Assembly (NCBI GenBank): GCA_025355725.1
Contig: JANXZC010000098.1
Coordinates: 7,467 to 71,466, forward strand
Length of the DNA: 64,000 nucleotides
Direction of reading: 5' to 3'
From: Syntrophus sp. (in: bacteria)
GTDB lineage: Bacteria > Desulfobacterota > Syntrophia > Syntrophales > UBA8958
Position 1 is the stretch's first letter. Every line of letters starts with the position of its first letter. The position numbers and the translations under genes were made by a program. The notes beneath the pieces were generated by a model. That model had not been told where the DNA came from and searched no databases. It worked only from the letters and a program-made list of their open reading frames with translations. Positions 48,057 through 57,894 of the stretch are shown here, in pieces.

Positions 48057-48179
48057 CGGCTTCGTAAAAAGTCCGGATGCTGCGTTGCGCTGCATCCTTC
48101 GTCACTGCGGCGTACGGCAAGTACGCCTTGTTCCGAAGTGTTTGCGCGCCTTACCTGCGGATCTTTTTACGAAGCCGTC
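48055..48179. repeat. 125-bp nested palindromic (REP/MITE-like) element between convergent genes
   Basis: Outer 17-bp perfect inverted repeat gacggcttcgtaaaaag/ctttttacgaagccgtc. Inner hairpins at 48075-48097 and 48109-48127. Confidence 0.7.
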
Positions 48180-48181
48180 CA

Positions 48182-49282
48182 TTATGGCGAGGGAACTGCA
48201 ATTTTAGCTTCCAGGAGGAAATCGGCTCCGAGTTTTTTTAATGTGATTGGAAACAGGGTCATGGCCTGATCCATGAGGGTAATGCCCAGGTCGCCGACCC
48301 CTTCGATGCCTTTACCGACAATCTTGGGGGCAATAATGACGAGGAGCTTGTCGGCCAGCCCTTCCCTGAGGATCGAGGTAATGACCGATGATCCCCCCTC
48401 GACTAGAACAGATGAGACGCCCTTTTGTCCCAGGTTCAGAAAAAGGTCGGACAGATTGATTTCCCCTTTCTCTGTCATATTGGTACACAGCAGTTCAATC
48501 CCCATGTCCTTAAGACGCTTCAACTTACCTTTGGCGGCCCTTTCTGTTGTGACGATCATGGTCCTGGCCTGATTCTGGTTTTGCAGGATTCTTGACTCAA
48601 GAGATATGCGCAGCCTGCTGTCCAGAACGATCCGCAAGGGACTCCTGCCTTTGACACGGCGGACAGTGAGTTCCGGATCGTCAAGTAAAACCGTTCCCGA
48701 GCCGACGAGAATAGCGTCATGGGCGCCCCGGAGCCGATGGGCATAACGTAGGGATTCTGGAGAGCTTATCCAGCGGGAGTGCCCTGTTGCCGTGGCAATG
48801 CGACCGTCGAGGGTCTGGGCGTATTTCAAGGTGATAAAAGGAAGACCCGTAGTCATGAATTTGAAGAACTTTTCGTTTAAGAGTTGGCACTCTGCTTCCA
48901 GAACCCCCACAAGCGTCTCAATGCCACGTTTCTGAAGAAGGGCGATACTCCGGCCTGCGACAAGGGGATTCGGGTCCATGGCGCCGATGACAACCCGGTT
49001 AGGTTTATGCTTGATCAGGGCCTCAACGCAGGGGGGAGTTCTCCCGTAATGGCTACATGGTTCCAGGGTGATATAGAAGTCAGCCCCGGCGATTGTTTCG
49101 GCACTCCCTTCTATTGCATTGATTTCAGCATGGTTTTCTCCACAGCAGGCATGATAGCCCTCTCCGATGATCCTGCCGTCTTTGACTATTACGGCGCCGA
49201 CCATGGGATTGGGACTTGCCCGTCCGGCACCCTTTTTAGCTAACTTCAGCGCCCTGCGCATGTAATATTCATCATTTTTCAT
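48182..49282 (-). CDS. ribD: Bifunctional riboflavin biosynthesis protein RibD (deaminase/reductase)
   Basis: HAEINAI and LEPCSHYGRTPPC zinc motifs, plus the C-terminal reductase domain. Confidence 0.93.
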   Translation of the reverse strand: MKNDEYYMRRALKLAKKGAGRASPNPMVGAVIVKDGRIIGEGYHACCGENHAEINAIEGSAETIAGADFYITLEPCSHYGRTPPCVEALIKHKPNRVVIGAMDPNPLVAGRSIALLQKRGIETLVGVLEAECQLLNEKFFKFMTTGLPFITLKYAQTLDGRIATATGHSRWISSPESLRYAHRLRGAHDAILVGSGTVLLDDPELTVRRVKGRSPLRIVLDSRLRISLESRILQNQNQARTMIVTTERAAKGKLKRLKDMGIELLCTNMTEKGEINLSDLFLNLGQKGVSSVLVEGGSSVITSILREGLADKLLVIIAPKIVGKGIEGVGDLGITLMDQAMTLFPITLKKLGADFLLEAKIAVPSP

Positions 49283-49454
49283 TGGTAGAGTGACCCTTCG
49301 CTTTCTTTATCATGTCCCCCATATCATGTCTGGGCCGGATTTACATCCCTCATTAACACTCGGGAAACCAAGTTGACTATGACATATTTTATGATTGACC
49401 TTCATGGTGGATGTGTAATAGGGACAGCGATAAAATTTGTGAAAGGAGATTTCA

Positions 49455-50186
49455 ATGAAAGGTATCGTACTGGCAGGTGGACTTGGAACCCGGATGTTCC
49501 CCCTGACTAAGGTGACCAATAAACACCTCCTTCCCATTTATCATAAGCCAATGATTTATTATCCCATAAGTATACTCGTAAATGCAGGTATTGATGAAAT
49601 ATTGATCGTGACCGGCGGAAACAGCGCCGGCGATTTCCTGCGGCTCTTGGGCAATGGCAGGGAGTTTGGCCTGAAACATTTGAACTACGCCTACCAGGAA
49701 GGGGAGGGCGGCATCGCCGCCGCGTTGAGCCTTGCCGAGTATTTTGCGGATCAGGACAAGATCGTTGTGGTCCTTGGGGACAATATCATCGAAAAAAACA
49801 TTCATGTGGCGGTGGAAGCCTTCCGACAACAAAAGGAAGGGGCAAAGATTCTCCTCAAGGAAGTCACGGACCCGCAACGTTTTGGCGTTCCCGCCTTTGA
49901 AGGAGAACGGATTGTCAGGATCGATGAAAAGCCTTCGTCCCCGGCGTCCAATTATGCGGTGATCGGGATCTATATGTATGACAGTAAGGTCTTTGATTTT
50001 ATCCGCACCCTCAAACCCTCGGAACGAGGGGAACTGGAAATCACGGATGTCAATAATTATTACCTCCGTCAACAAAAACTGACCTGGGATCTCCTGGACG
50101 GTTGGTGGACGGATGCGGGAACATTTGATTCCCTTTTGGCCGCCGGAAACATGGTCCAGCAAACGGGGGCCAATAAGGTAGAATAA
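49455..50186 (+). CDS. Sugar-1-phosphate nucleotidyltransferase (short RmlA-like glucose-1-phosphate thymidylyltransferase family)
   Basis: MKGIVLAGGLGTRMFPLTKVTNKHLLPI N-terminal signature; 243 aa. Confidence 0.85.
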   Translation: MKGIVLAGGLGTRMFPLTKVTNKHLLPIYHKPMIYYPISILVNAGIDEILIVTGGNSAGDFLRLLGNGREFGLKHLNYAYQEGEGGIAAALSLAEYFADQDKIVVVLGDNIIEKNIHVAVEAFRQQKEGAKILLKEVTDPQRFGVPAFEGERIVRIDEKPSSPASNYAVIGIYMYDSKVFDFIRTLKPSERGELEITDVNNYYLRQQKLTWDLLDGWWTDAGTFDSLLAAGNMVQQTGANKVE

Positions 50187-50227
50187 GAGAGTAGTCCCCT
50201 CAATAATGACTTCGGGAGATTATTTCG

Positions 50228-50986
50228 ATGGTGCTTTGGTGGGCAATCGTGCTGTTTATTCTGGGGGCAGTCGTGGGGAGCTTCCTCAACGTCTGTATTC
50301 ACCGCCTTCCCCGGGAGGAATCGATTGTTTCCCCATCGTCCCGTTGCCCCCATTGCCGCCACGCCATCGCCTGGTATGATAACGTTCCTCTCTTCAGTTA
50401 TATCTTTTTAAGAGGACGTTGCCGGAGCTGTCAGGAGGCCATCGGCGGTCGTTATTTCCTTATCGAGGCCCTGACTGCCGTCATGGCATTGTTGACCTAT
50501 TGGAAATTCGGAATTTCTCTTTCTTTTCTTGCCGCCTTTTTGTTTGTGGCGACGTTGATTGTGATCACCTTCATAGATATTGAACACCAGATCATTCCCC
50601 ATGAGATCGTCCTCCCCGGAATTCCCATCTTTCTCCTTGCTGCGGTACTTATTATGGAGATTCCCTTAGTTGATGCATTTTTGGGGATCATGGTGGGGAT
50701 CGCTTCCCTTTATCTTGTTGCCGTCTATTATGAACAAATAACAGGGACGGAAGGCATGGGAGGGGGTGATGTCAACCTCATGGGGATGTTAGGGGCCTTT
50801 TTGGGGTGGCAATCCCTCCTCTTTGTCCTGATGACGGGAGCCTTCACCGGGGCCGCCGTTGGGATCTTCATGATGATAAAAAGCGGCAAAACAATGAAAT
50901 ATGCCGTGCCGTTTGGTCCGTTTCTATCCTTGGGGGCGGTGGTTTACCTGTTCTGGGGCAGGGCACTTGTTACCTTTTTCTCCTGA
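50228..50986 (+). CDS. pilD: Prepilin peptidase (A24 family, PilD)
   Basis: N-terminal Zn-binding CPHC...CRSC motif, a polytopic membrane body, and GMGGGDVNLMG containing the catalytic Asp. Confidence 0.9.
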   Translation: MVLWWAIVLFILGAVVGSFLNVCIHRLPREESIVSPSSRCPHCRHAIAWYDNVPLFSYIFLRGRCRSCQEAIGGRYFLIEALTAVMALLTYWKFGISLSFLAAFLFVATLIVITFIDIEHQIIPHEIVLPGIPIFLLAAVLIMEIPLVDAFLGIMVGIASLYLVAVYYEQITGTEGMGGGDVNLMGMLGAFLGWQSLLFVLMTGAFTGAAVGIFMMIKSGKTMKYAVPFGPFLSLGAVVYLFWGRALVTFFS

Positions 50987-51021
50987 AAAGTACAGTCATT
51001 GTCAAATAAACATCAAAAATC

Positions 51022-51049
51022 TTGACTTCCATCATACGGTAAATATATG
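51022..51049 (+). promoter_or_regulatory. Candidate sigma-70 promoter of the argS leader
   Basis: TTGACT (51022-51027), a 16-nt spacer, then TATATG (51044-51049). Confidence 0.4.
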
Positions 51050-51127
51050 GTGGGGGCCTGTAAAATGACAATAACGGGAGAGGACGAATCGGTAATTATC
51101 GCCCGGATTAAAGTCGATCCGGACAGG

Positions 51128-51157
51128 GAAAAGTTGGCTTCCCGCCAACTTTTTTTG
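51128..51157 (+). terminator. Intrinsic terminator/attenuator 23 nt upstream of the argS start
   Basis: Stem aaaagttggc/gccaactttt with loop ttccc, running into T7. Confidence 0.6.
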
Positions 51158-51179
51158 CGATTGGCCGGATGACACATAA

Positions 51180-52844
51180 ATGAAAAATCGTATCATCAGT
51201 ATTATAGAGAAAGCGCTCGGCAAAATATTAGCGACCGGTCAAATGGGCGACATCGCCATTCCCGCGATCGAATTGGAAACAACCAGAGACCCGGTTCATG
51301 GCGACTATGCCACGAACATAGCCATGATCCTTTCATCAAGGCTCAAGACTAATCCCCGTCAAGTTGCGAAAATGATCTGTGATCAACTCCCTGAAGACGG
51401 GGAGGTTATCGCAAAAGTTGAAATTGCCGGACCAGGGTTCATAAACTTTTTTATCCGGGACGAGGTGTGGCACGCGGCCCTGGAGAAGGTGGACAGGGAA
51501 GGCGTTCACTATGGATACTCGGACACCGGCAAGGGGCAGCGGGTGCAGGTGGAATTTGTCAGCGCCAACCCCACGGGTCCGTTGCATATTGGTCATGCAC
51601 GGGGCGCCGTAGTCGGGGATGTGCTGGCCAATATCCTCCAGGCGACCGGATATCAGGTCAGCAGAGAGTATTACATCAACGACGCCGGCAACCAGATGTT
51701 TAATCTCGGACGATCCGTCCTTTACCGCTACTACGAGATTCTTGGCCGGGAGATTGTCTTTCCCGAGTCTTGCTATCAGGGTGATTATATACTTGATATA
51801 GCAAGGGAAATAATCGAAAAAGAAGGAAGGATTTATCTGGAGAGGTCGGAAGATGAGGTAATTCCATATTTTACGGACTATGCCGCCGCGATTATTCTTG
51901 CCGGCATCAAGGAAGACCTGTCACAATTCGGGGTTGTTTTTGACCTCTACTTCAGCGAGCGGGCTCTCTACAAGGATGACGGTGTGGCTGTGATCCTTCG
52001 GGAACTCGAACAGGAGGGACACATTTATCGGGAAGAGGGAACCTCGTGGTTCCGGACGACGGCATTTGGGGATGAAAAGGACCGGGTGGTCGTAAGGCAA
52101 AATGGCGAGCCCACCTATTTTGCCGCCGACATCGCTTATCATAAAAACAAGTATGAGCGGGGCTTCTCCTGGGTGATTGACATCTGGGGCGCCGATCATC
52201 ATGGCTATCTCCCGCGTATGTCCGCCGGGATCCAGGCCCTTGGCTACAGGGCGGATGCCCTGAAAATAGTCTTGGTCCAGTTAGTCAGTCTGCTGCGCGG
52301 GGGTAAGCCGGTGGGCATGTCCACCCGTTCCGGTGAATTTGTAACCCTCCGGGAAGTCGTTGACGAGGTTGGAAAGGATGCAGCAAGGTACAATTTCCTC
52401 ATGAGGCGCACCGACAGTCCCCTAGATTTTGATCTTGAGCTGGCAAAGGAGCAAACGAACGAAAACCCCGTATATTACGTCCAGTATGCCCACGCCAGGA
52501 TCGCCAGTATTTTGAGGCTTGCCGCTGATCGCGGTTTTGTTGTCCCCAGTTATGGAGAAGTGAATCTGAGCCTCCTCACCATGCCCGAGGAATTGACGCT
52601 TATGAAAGCCCTGACCCGCTTTCCGGAAATCGTTGCCGGGGCGGCCAATGCCCTGGAGCCACACCGCCTTACATTTTTCCTTAATGACCTGGCATCTCTG
52701 TTCCATAGTTACTACAACAAATGTAAAGTGATATCTGAAGATGATTCTCTGACGAGGGCGCGAATTTTCCTTATGAAAATCCTGCTTATTGTCCTGAAGA
52801 ATAATTTAAAATTATTAGGGGTTTCCGCACCGGATAAAATGTAG
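51180..52844 (+). CDS. argS: Arginine--tRNA ligase
   Basis: [14 protein letters not shown] (HIGH motif), the N-terminal Arg-tRNA-binding domain, and the C-terminal DALR-type anticodon-binding domain. Confidence 0.95.
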   Translation: MKNRIISIIEKALGKILATGQMGDIAIPAIELETTRDPVHGDYATNIAMILSSRLKTNPRQVAKMICDQLPEDGEVIAKVEIAGPGFINFFIRDEVWHAALEKVDREGVHYGYSDTGKGQRVQVEFVSANPTGPLHIGHARGAVVGDVLANILQATGYQVSREYYINDAGNQMFNLGRSVLYRYYEILGREIVFPESCYQGDYILDIAREIIEKEGRIYLERSEDEVIPYFTDYAAAIILAGIKEDLSQFGVVFDLYFSERALYKDDGVAVILRELEQEGHIYREEGTSWFRTTAFGDEKDRVVVRQNGEPTYFAADIAYHKNKYERGFSWVIDIWGADHHGYLPRMSAGIQALGYRADALKIVLVQLVSLLRGGKPVGMSTRSGEFVTLREVVDEVGKDAARYNFLMRRTDSPLDFDLELAKEQTNENPVYYVQYAHARIASILRLAADRGFVVPSYGEVNLSLLTMPEELTLMKALTRFPEIVAGAANALEPHRLTFFLNDLASLFHSYYNKCKVISEDDSLTRARIFLMKILLIVLKNNLKLLGVSAPDKM

Positions 52845-52848
52845 TCTT

Positions 52849-53667
52849 ATGGCCATAAAGAATATTCGCTCCTTCGAATTCAAGCTGGGGAAGCTCGGAC
52901 TCATCCTGTTGATTACCGGCGTGGGTGTCCTGGTATTTGGCGCCTTTGTCCTGGGCGTCAATGTAGGCAAAGACATCGACAATTATCCGGATAAGATTGT
53001 CCGGGGAATTCCTAGGTTGATCAAGGAAGGAATTGGATTCGTATTTCCCAAGGGTAAAAGCGATGGGGACAGCAAAACACCGGATAAGGCAGCCCTGGAC
53101 TTGACCTTCTACGACACCCTTACTAAAAAGGGGGCTACGGCCACGGATCTAATGGGCCAGGAAAAAAGAGAAGAAACCTCTGCTCCCGCCGTAATCTTAT
53201 CGCCGGCGCCACCGGCAGTTTCCGAAAAACCATTGCCTCATTCCCCGTCGGCTATACCGGCAGCGCCTGGTACGAACTTAGCGCCGGCAGCGCCTGGAAC
53301 AGCGATACCACCAACTACCAGGGATGCTCCTCCGAAGCCGTCCGTTGCAGCGTCGGCTGTTGCACCACCGAAGACGAAGGCGAGCGGTACCGAGCCGACG
53401 TCTCCTGATGTCGGTACGGCTGCGTCGACGAATTTTAGTATCCAGGTGATATCCTACGACGATCGGGTCAAGGCCAATCAACTGCAAAAAAAATTGCAAG
53501 GTATGGGCTACAAAGCGGAAGTCTCAGAAATGGATATTGCCGGGAAGGGTAAGTGGTACCGGGTAATGGTGAACAATTATCAGACCAGGAAAGAAGCCGA
53601 AAAAGCGGCCGATAATATTAAAAAGACAGTTAAAGGATTGAATTGTATAGTTCGCCAGGGGGGGTAA
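52849..53667 (+). CDS. Single-pass membrane protein with Pro/Ala-rich linker and SPOR domain
   Basis: TM helix LGLILLITGVGVLVFGAFVLGV. SPOR signature FSIQVISY...GKWYRVMVNNYQTRKEAEKA. Confidence 0.8.
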   Translation: MAIKNIRSFEFKLGKLGLILLITGVGVLVFGAFVLGVNVGKDIDNYPDKIVRGIPRLIKEGIGFVFPKGKSDGDSKTPDKAALDLTFYDTLTKKGATATDLMGQEKREETSAPAVILSPAPPAVSEKPLPHSPSAIPAAPGTNLAPAAPGTAIPPTTRDAPPKPSVAASAVAPPKTKASGTEPTSPDVGTAASTNFSIQVISYDDRVKANQLQKKLQGMGYKAEVSEMDIAGKGKWYRVMVNNYQTRKEAEKAADNIKKTVKGLNCIVRQGG

Positions 53668-53701
53668 ATCTTGATCTCTATGCGAAGAATTAACAAGGTG
53701 G

Positions 53702-55045
53702 ATGATGTTTGAGAACCTAACAGATAAACTGGACGGTATATTCAAGAAACTCAGGGGGAAGGGGCGGCTGGATGAGGAAAATATCCAGGGCGCCATGAAA
53801 GAAATCCGCATGGCCCTCCTTGAGGCGGATGTAAATTTTAAAGTCGTTAAAGATTTTATCGAAGATGTCAAGGGGCGGGCTGTAGGACAGGAAGTGACCG
53901 ATAGCTTAAGTCCGGGTCAGCAGGTGGTCAAGATCGTTCATGACCGCCTGGTGGAGCTCATGGGAGGGACAAGCAGCCAGATCAGATTCGGTAACCGTTT
54001 CCCGGCCCCGGTCATGCTTGTAGGTCTCCAGGGAAGCGGTAAGACGACCACGGCAGTCAAGCTGGCAAAATTCATTTCCAGGCAGGGTAAAAGGACAATG
54101 CTGGTATCCGTAGATGTGTACCGTCCCGCAGCTATGGAGCAGTTGAAGGTCCTGGCAAATGAGACAGGTATGGAGGTCTTCCCGGGAGATGCGAAAGAGG
54201 ATCCCCTAACCATTTGCCTCAATGCCGTCGAAGAAGCAAAAAGCCGTGGTTATGAGGTTCTCATCATCGATACGGCAGGGCGCCTTCAGATAGATGTGGA
54301 AATGATGGAGGAACTGCGAAAGATCAAGGAGGTTGTCCATCCGGCGGAGATTCTCTTTGTGGCTGATGCCATGACCGGTCAGGAAGCGGTCAACGTGGCC
54401 ACGACCTTCAACGAGCGACTGGGTATCGATGGGGTCATCATGACGAAGATGGACGGTGACGCCCGAGGCGGGGCCGCCCTGTCCCTGAAGGCTGTTATGG
54501 GAAAGCCCATCAAGTTCGTGGGAATTGGCGAGAAAGTCGATGCCTTGGAGGTCTTCCACCCGGAACGGATGGCTACTCGTATTCTGGGAATGGGCGATAT
54601 ATTAACCCTGGTGGAGAAAGCTCAGGCTACGGTAGATGAGCAGCAGGCGAGGGAGCTCGAAAAGAAGATCCGTAAAAACGAATTTACCCTTGAAGATTTC
54701 CGCAGTCAGCTCACGCAGATAAAAAAAATGGGTTCTATAAAGGATATGCTTTCCATGATCCCGGGATTCAATAAAATCAAAGCCCTCAAAAATATTGATC
54801 CCGATGAGAAGGAGCTCGGCAGGGTCACCGCCATCATTGATTCCATGACCAGAAAGGAGCGGCATAATTATCTGCTCATTGACGGTCAGCGGCGAAAGCG
54901 CATTGCCCTGGGAAGCGGGACAACGGTGCAGGATGTCAATCGACTTCTGAAGAACTATGGAGAGATGCGCAAGATGATGAAAAAGATGACTTCAAAGGAT
55001 GGAATGAAGGCTATGAGGCGGGGAAATTTTCCCTTTTCAAAATAA
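53702..55045 (+). CDS. ffh: Signal recognition particle protein Ffh
   Basis: Starts MFENLTDKL, with GLQGSGKTT and DTAGR GTPase motifs and a Met-rich M domain. Confidence 0.95.
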   Translation: MMFENLTDKLDGIFKKLRGKGRLDEENIQGAMKEIRMALLEADVNFKVVKDFIEDVKGRAVGQEVTDSLSPGQQVVKIVHDRLVELMGGTSSQIRFGNRFPAPVMLVGLQGSGKTTTAVKLAKFISRQGKRTMLVSVDVYRPAAMEQLKVLANETGMEVFPGDAKEDPLTICLNAVEEAKSRGYEVLIIDTAGRLQIDVEMMEELRKIKEVVHPAEILFVADAMTGQEAVNVATTFNERLGIDGVIMTKMDGDARGGAALSLKAVMGKPIKFVGIGEKVDALEVFHPERMATRILGMGDILTLVEKAQATVDEQQARELEKKIRKNEFTLEDFRSQLTQIKKMGSIKDMLSMIPGFNKIKALKNIDPDEKELGRVTAIIDSMTRKERHNYLLIDGQRRKRIALGSGTTVQDVNRLLKNYGEMRKMMKKMTSKDGMKAMRRGNFPFSK

Positions 55046-55125
55046 AAAAAATGTGTTAGTCGATTCGATCTTCCCATTAACTAAGAGGAAGGAAGTTTAG
55101 AAACAGGAGGTGATCGGTACACAGG

Positions 55126-55362
55126 ATGGCAGTTAAAATAAGATTGACCCGCATGGGTGGGCACAAAAAGCCGTTTTACAGGGTTGTCGCAGCAGATTCC
55201 GAATCCCCGCGGGATGGCCGTTTCCTGGAAGTTCTGGGCCACTACGACCCGGCGAAGGACCTCGACGGTGTGAGTCTCAAAATCGAAAGGATCAAGTACT
55301 GGCTGTCCAAGGGCGCCAAGCCGACCCTTACCGTGTCTCAGCTATTGAAAAAAAAGGGGTAG
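55126..55362 (+). CDS. rpsP: 30S ribosomal protein S16
   Basis: [21 protein letters not shown]. Confidence 0.95.
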   Translation: MAVKIRLTRMGGHKKPFYRVVAADSESPRDGRFLEVLGHYDPAKDLDGVSLKIERIKYWLSKGAKPTLTVSQLLKKKG

Positions 55363-55434
55363 AAGTCTGGTTGTGGGCGGTTTCAGTCGAAAGCTTGAAA
55401 AGGTTAACGGACTAATCCGGTGGAGGTGGGAACG

Positions 55435-55665
55435 ATGAAAGAGTTGATCAAGTACATGGCGCAGGCGCTGGTGGATAACCCCGAACAGGTTGAGGTTTCA
55501 GAGGTGGTTGGCGAGCAGACATCGGTCATCGAACTAAGGGTAGCAAAAGAAGACCTCGGCAAGGTTATCGGCAAACAGGGTAGGACCGCTAAAGCCATGA
55601 GAACGATTTTAAGCGCCGCATCCACCAAGATCAGGAAACGAAGCGTTCTGGAAATTATCGAATAG
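55435..55665 (+). CDS. KH-domain RNA-binding protein (YlqC family)
   Basis: [20 protein letters not shown] motif and conserved position between rpsP and rimM. ATG 55435 lies after ggaggtggg. Confidence 0.85.
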   Translation: MKELIKYMAQALVDNPEQVEVSEVVGEQTSVIELRVAKEDLGKVIGKQGRTAKAMRTILSAASTKIRKRSVLEIIE

Positions 55666-55666
55666 G

Positions 55667-56173
55667 GTGAGCGAGTTCTTTGAAATAGGTAAAATTGTTA
55701 AAACGCACGGTCTCCATGGCGGCGTTAAAGTAAAATCTTACCTGACAGACCCCGGGAGTATTCTTCCCCGCCTGGAGGCGGTCCATCTTCAGAGGGAAGA
55801 AACGGATATGCAGCGCTGCCTGTTGACCAGATATCAATTAGGAAGCGGTTTTTTTTTCATGGAGATGGAAGGGTGCTGCGATTCCCAGGCGGCAGCGTCC
55901 CTGCTGGGTTGCCGGGTATATGCCCCGGTTGACAAACTGGCAGCGTTACCGGAGGGGGAATACTACTGGCGTGAACTCATCGGGATGGACGTGATTACGG
56001 AAGAAGGGGTATCTCTTGGCAAAATAAGGGAGATCTTCTCGGCGGGAAGTAATGATGTTTACGTCTGTAAGAATGGCGAAGAAGAAAAACTGCTGCCGGC
56101 CAGTGAGGATGTGATCAGGAAAGTGGACAGAGTCAATAATATTATGACCGTCAGACTTCTTGAGGGTCTGTGA
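55667..56173 (+). CDS. rimM: 16S rRNA processing protein RimM
   Basis: IGKIVKTHGLHGGVKV N-terminus and a PRC-barrel C-terminus. Confidence 0.9.
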   Translation: MSEFFEIGKIVKTHGLHGGVKVKSYLTDPGSILPRLEAVHLQREETDMQRCLLTRYQLGSGFFFMEMEGCCDSQAAASLLGCRVYAPVDKLAALPEGEYYWRELIGMDVITEEGVSLGKIREIFSAGSNDVYVCKNGEEEKLLPASEDVIRKVDRVNNIMTVRLLEGL

Positions 56174-56182
56174 GGTCGGGGG

Positions 56183-56917
56183 ATGCGATTTGACATTCTC
56201 TCTCTTTTTCCGGAAATGTTTTTGTCGGTCTTTGAGAGCAGTATCCTCAAAAAGGCAAGGGAGAAAGCCCTCATTGACGTTCATGTTCATGATATCCGGG
56301 TGTACGCCCCAGGCAAGCACCGGGTAACGGACGACGCTCCTTTTGGTGGGGGGGGCGGCATGGTCATGAAGGTGGAACCGATTGACCGGGCCCTTGAAGC
56401 TTTGGAATTAAAATCCGGGGAAGGGCCGGTTATTCTGATGAGTCCCCAGGGAACTCCCTTCCGGCAGGATACGGCGGAAGAACTTGCCGCGTGCCATAGA
56501 CTGGTGCTGATTTGCGGCCACTATGAAGGCGTGGATGAGCGGGTAAAAGAACATCTCGCGGACCGGGAGATCTCCATCGGGGATTTCGTCCTTACCGGTG
56601 GCGAGTTGTCGGCGATGATGATTGTGGATGCCGTTTCACGGCTGATTCCCGGTGTCCTGGGAAACAGTGAATCGGCCCGAATGGATTCATTCTCTTCGGG
56701 GCTGCTTGAGTATCCTCAATATACCCGTCCTCAGGAATACCGGGGATGGAAGGTTCCCGAGCTCCTGCTCGCGGGGAACCACCGGGATATAGATGCTTGG
56801 CGACGACGACAGTCCCTGGAGCGGACATGGCGAAGGCGGCCGGAACTGCTTGGGAAGGTCAATCTGTCCGATTCGGACCGGTTGCTCCTGAAAGAGATTC
56901 AGACGGAAGGCCCGTGA
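56183..56917 (+). CDS. trmD: tRNA (guanine37-N1)-methyltransferase
   Basis: Starts [13 protein letters not shown] and carries [10 protein letters not shown] and [11 protein letters not shown]. Confidence 0.95.
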   Translation: MRFDILSLFPEMFLSVFESSILKKAREKALIDVHVHDIRVYAPGKHRVTDDAPFGGGGGMVMKVEPIDRALEALELKSGEGPVILMSPQGTPFRQDTAEELAACHRLVLICGHYEGVDERVKEHLADREISIGDFVLTGGELSAMMIVDAVSRLIPGVLGNSESARMDSFSSGLLEYPQYTRPQEYRGWKVPELLLAGNHRDIDAWRRRQSLERTWRRRPELLGKVNLSDSDRLLLKEIQTEGP

Positions 56918-57480
56918 TATCCAGGGCTAATTGTTATATCGCTCTTTTACATTATCCTGTATTCAATAAGCACAGGAATATCGTAACCACTGCCGTTGCC
57001 AACATGGATATCCATGATATAGCCAGAGTGGGGCGTACCTACGGCATGGAGCGTTTTTACATTGTGACGCCCATCGAGGCGCAGCGCGTGCTGGTACAAA
57101 CCATTCTCGACCATTGGCAGCAGGGGTACGGGGCCACCTATAATGCCTCCCGCAAGGAGGCCTTCGACCGTGTTTGTGTCAAGGAAACCTTTGCTGCGGT
57201 CGTTGCGGATATTCTGGCCCTTTCGGGACGGCGACCCCGGATGGTGGTGACGGGGGCATCCTTGAATGGAACATTGATAGATTTCAAGAAAATGAAGGCT
57301 ATTCTTGAAAGTGATGATCATCCCTGCCTGATGGTCTTCGGAACAGGTTGGGGGCTGGCGGATGAGATGATTGATCAGGCTGATTATTGTCTGGAACCGG
57401 TGCGGGGCAGATCGGATTATAATCACCTATCCGTTCGATCTGCCGTTGCCGTAATTCTGGATAGGCTGTTTGGCGAATAA
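56914..57480 (+). CDS. Predicted SPOUT-class RNA methyltransferase-like protein (Methyltrn_RNA_4/DUF2168-like)
   Basis: The GTG start overlaps the trmD stop (GTGA). The 188-aa product has ALLHYPV.N....VTTAV.N.D.HD.AR and NHLSVRSA motifs. The family name is from memory. Confidence 0.6.
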   Translation: MISRANCYIALLHYPVFNKHRNIVTTAVANMDIHDIARVGRTYGMERFYIVTPIEAQRVLVQTILDHWQQGYGATYNASRKEAFDRVCVKETFAAVVADILALSGRRPRMVVTGASLNGTLIDFKKMKAILESDDHPCLMVFGTGWGLADEMIDQADYCLEPVRGRSDYNHLSVRSAVAVILDRLFGE

Positions 57481-57530
57481 GATAAAATAGATATAAAAAA
57501 ATAGTAATAAACACGTGAGGTGTGGGAAGC

Positions 57531-57878
57531 ATGAATTTCATAGAAATGATTGAGAAAGAGCAAATCAGGGCCGATATACCCGGTTTCAAGTCTGGAGACA
57601 GCGTCAAGGTATATGTACGGATTATCGAAGGTCAGAAACAGCGAATTCAGGCCTTCGAAGGCGTTGTCATCCGGAAGAGACGCGGCAGCAGTCGCGCCAC
57701 TTTTACCGTCCGGAAGATTTCCTATGGCATCGGTGTGGAACGCACCTTTCCTCTTCACTCCCCCGTAATCGATCGCATCGAAGTGGTTACCAGGGGAAGG
57801 GTGAGGCGTTCCCGGCTCTATTACCTGCGGGCGCTAAAGGGGAAAAAGGCAAGGATCAAAACAGAGGGGAAGTCATAA
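57531..57878 (+). CDS. rplS: 50S ribosomal protein L19
   Basis: [19 protein letters not shown]...QAFEGVVI. Confidence 0.95.
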   Translation: MNFIEMIEKEQIRADIPGFKSGDSVKVYVRIIEGQKQRIQAFEGVVIRKRRGSSRATFTVRKISYGIGVERTFPLHSPVIDRIEVVTRGRVRRSRLYYLRALKGKKARIKTEGKS

Positions 57879-57894
57879 AAATTCGTTTTTTTAC

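Noticed and set aside
49283-49454. Possible FMN (RFN) riboswitch upstream of ribD
   Set aside because: I read the minus strand of the leader and found none of the conserved RFN blocks (GGTGAAATTCC / AGTCTGGATGGGAGA type). The region looks like a plain divergent promoter region.
51040-51179. Possible T-box leader in front of argS
   Set aside because: The leader is only ~130 nt. It has no AGAGA, specifier-loop or GGGTGGTACCGCG T-box sequence; tatatggtgggggcctg is only superficially similar. It is reported instead as a uORF/terminator attenuator candidate.
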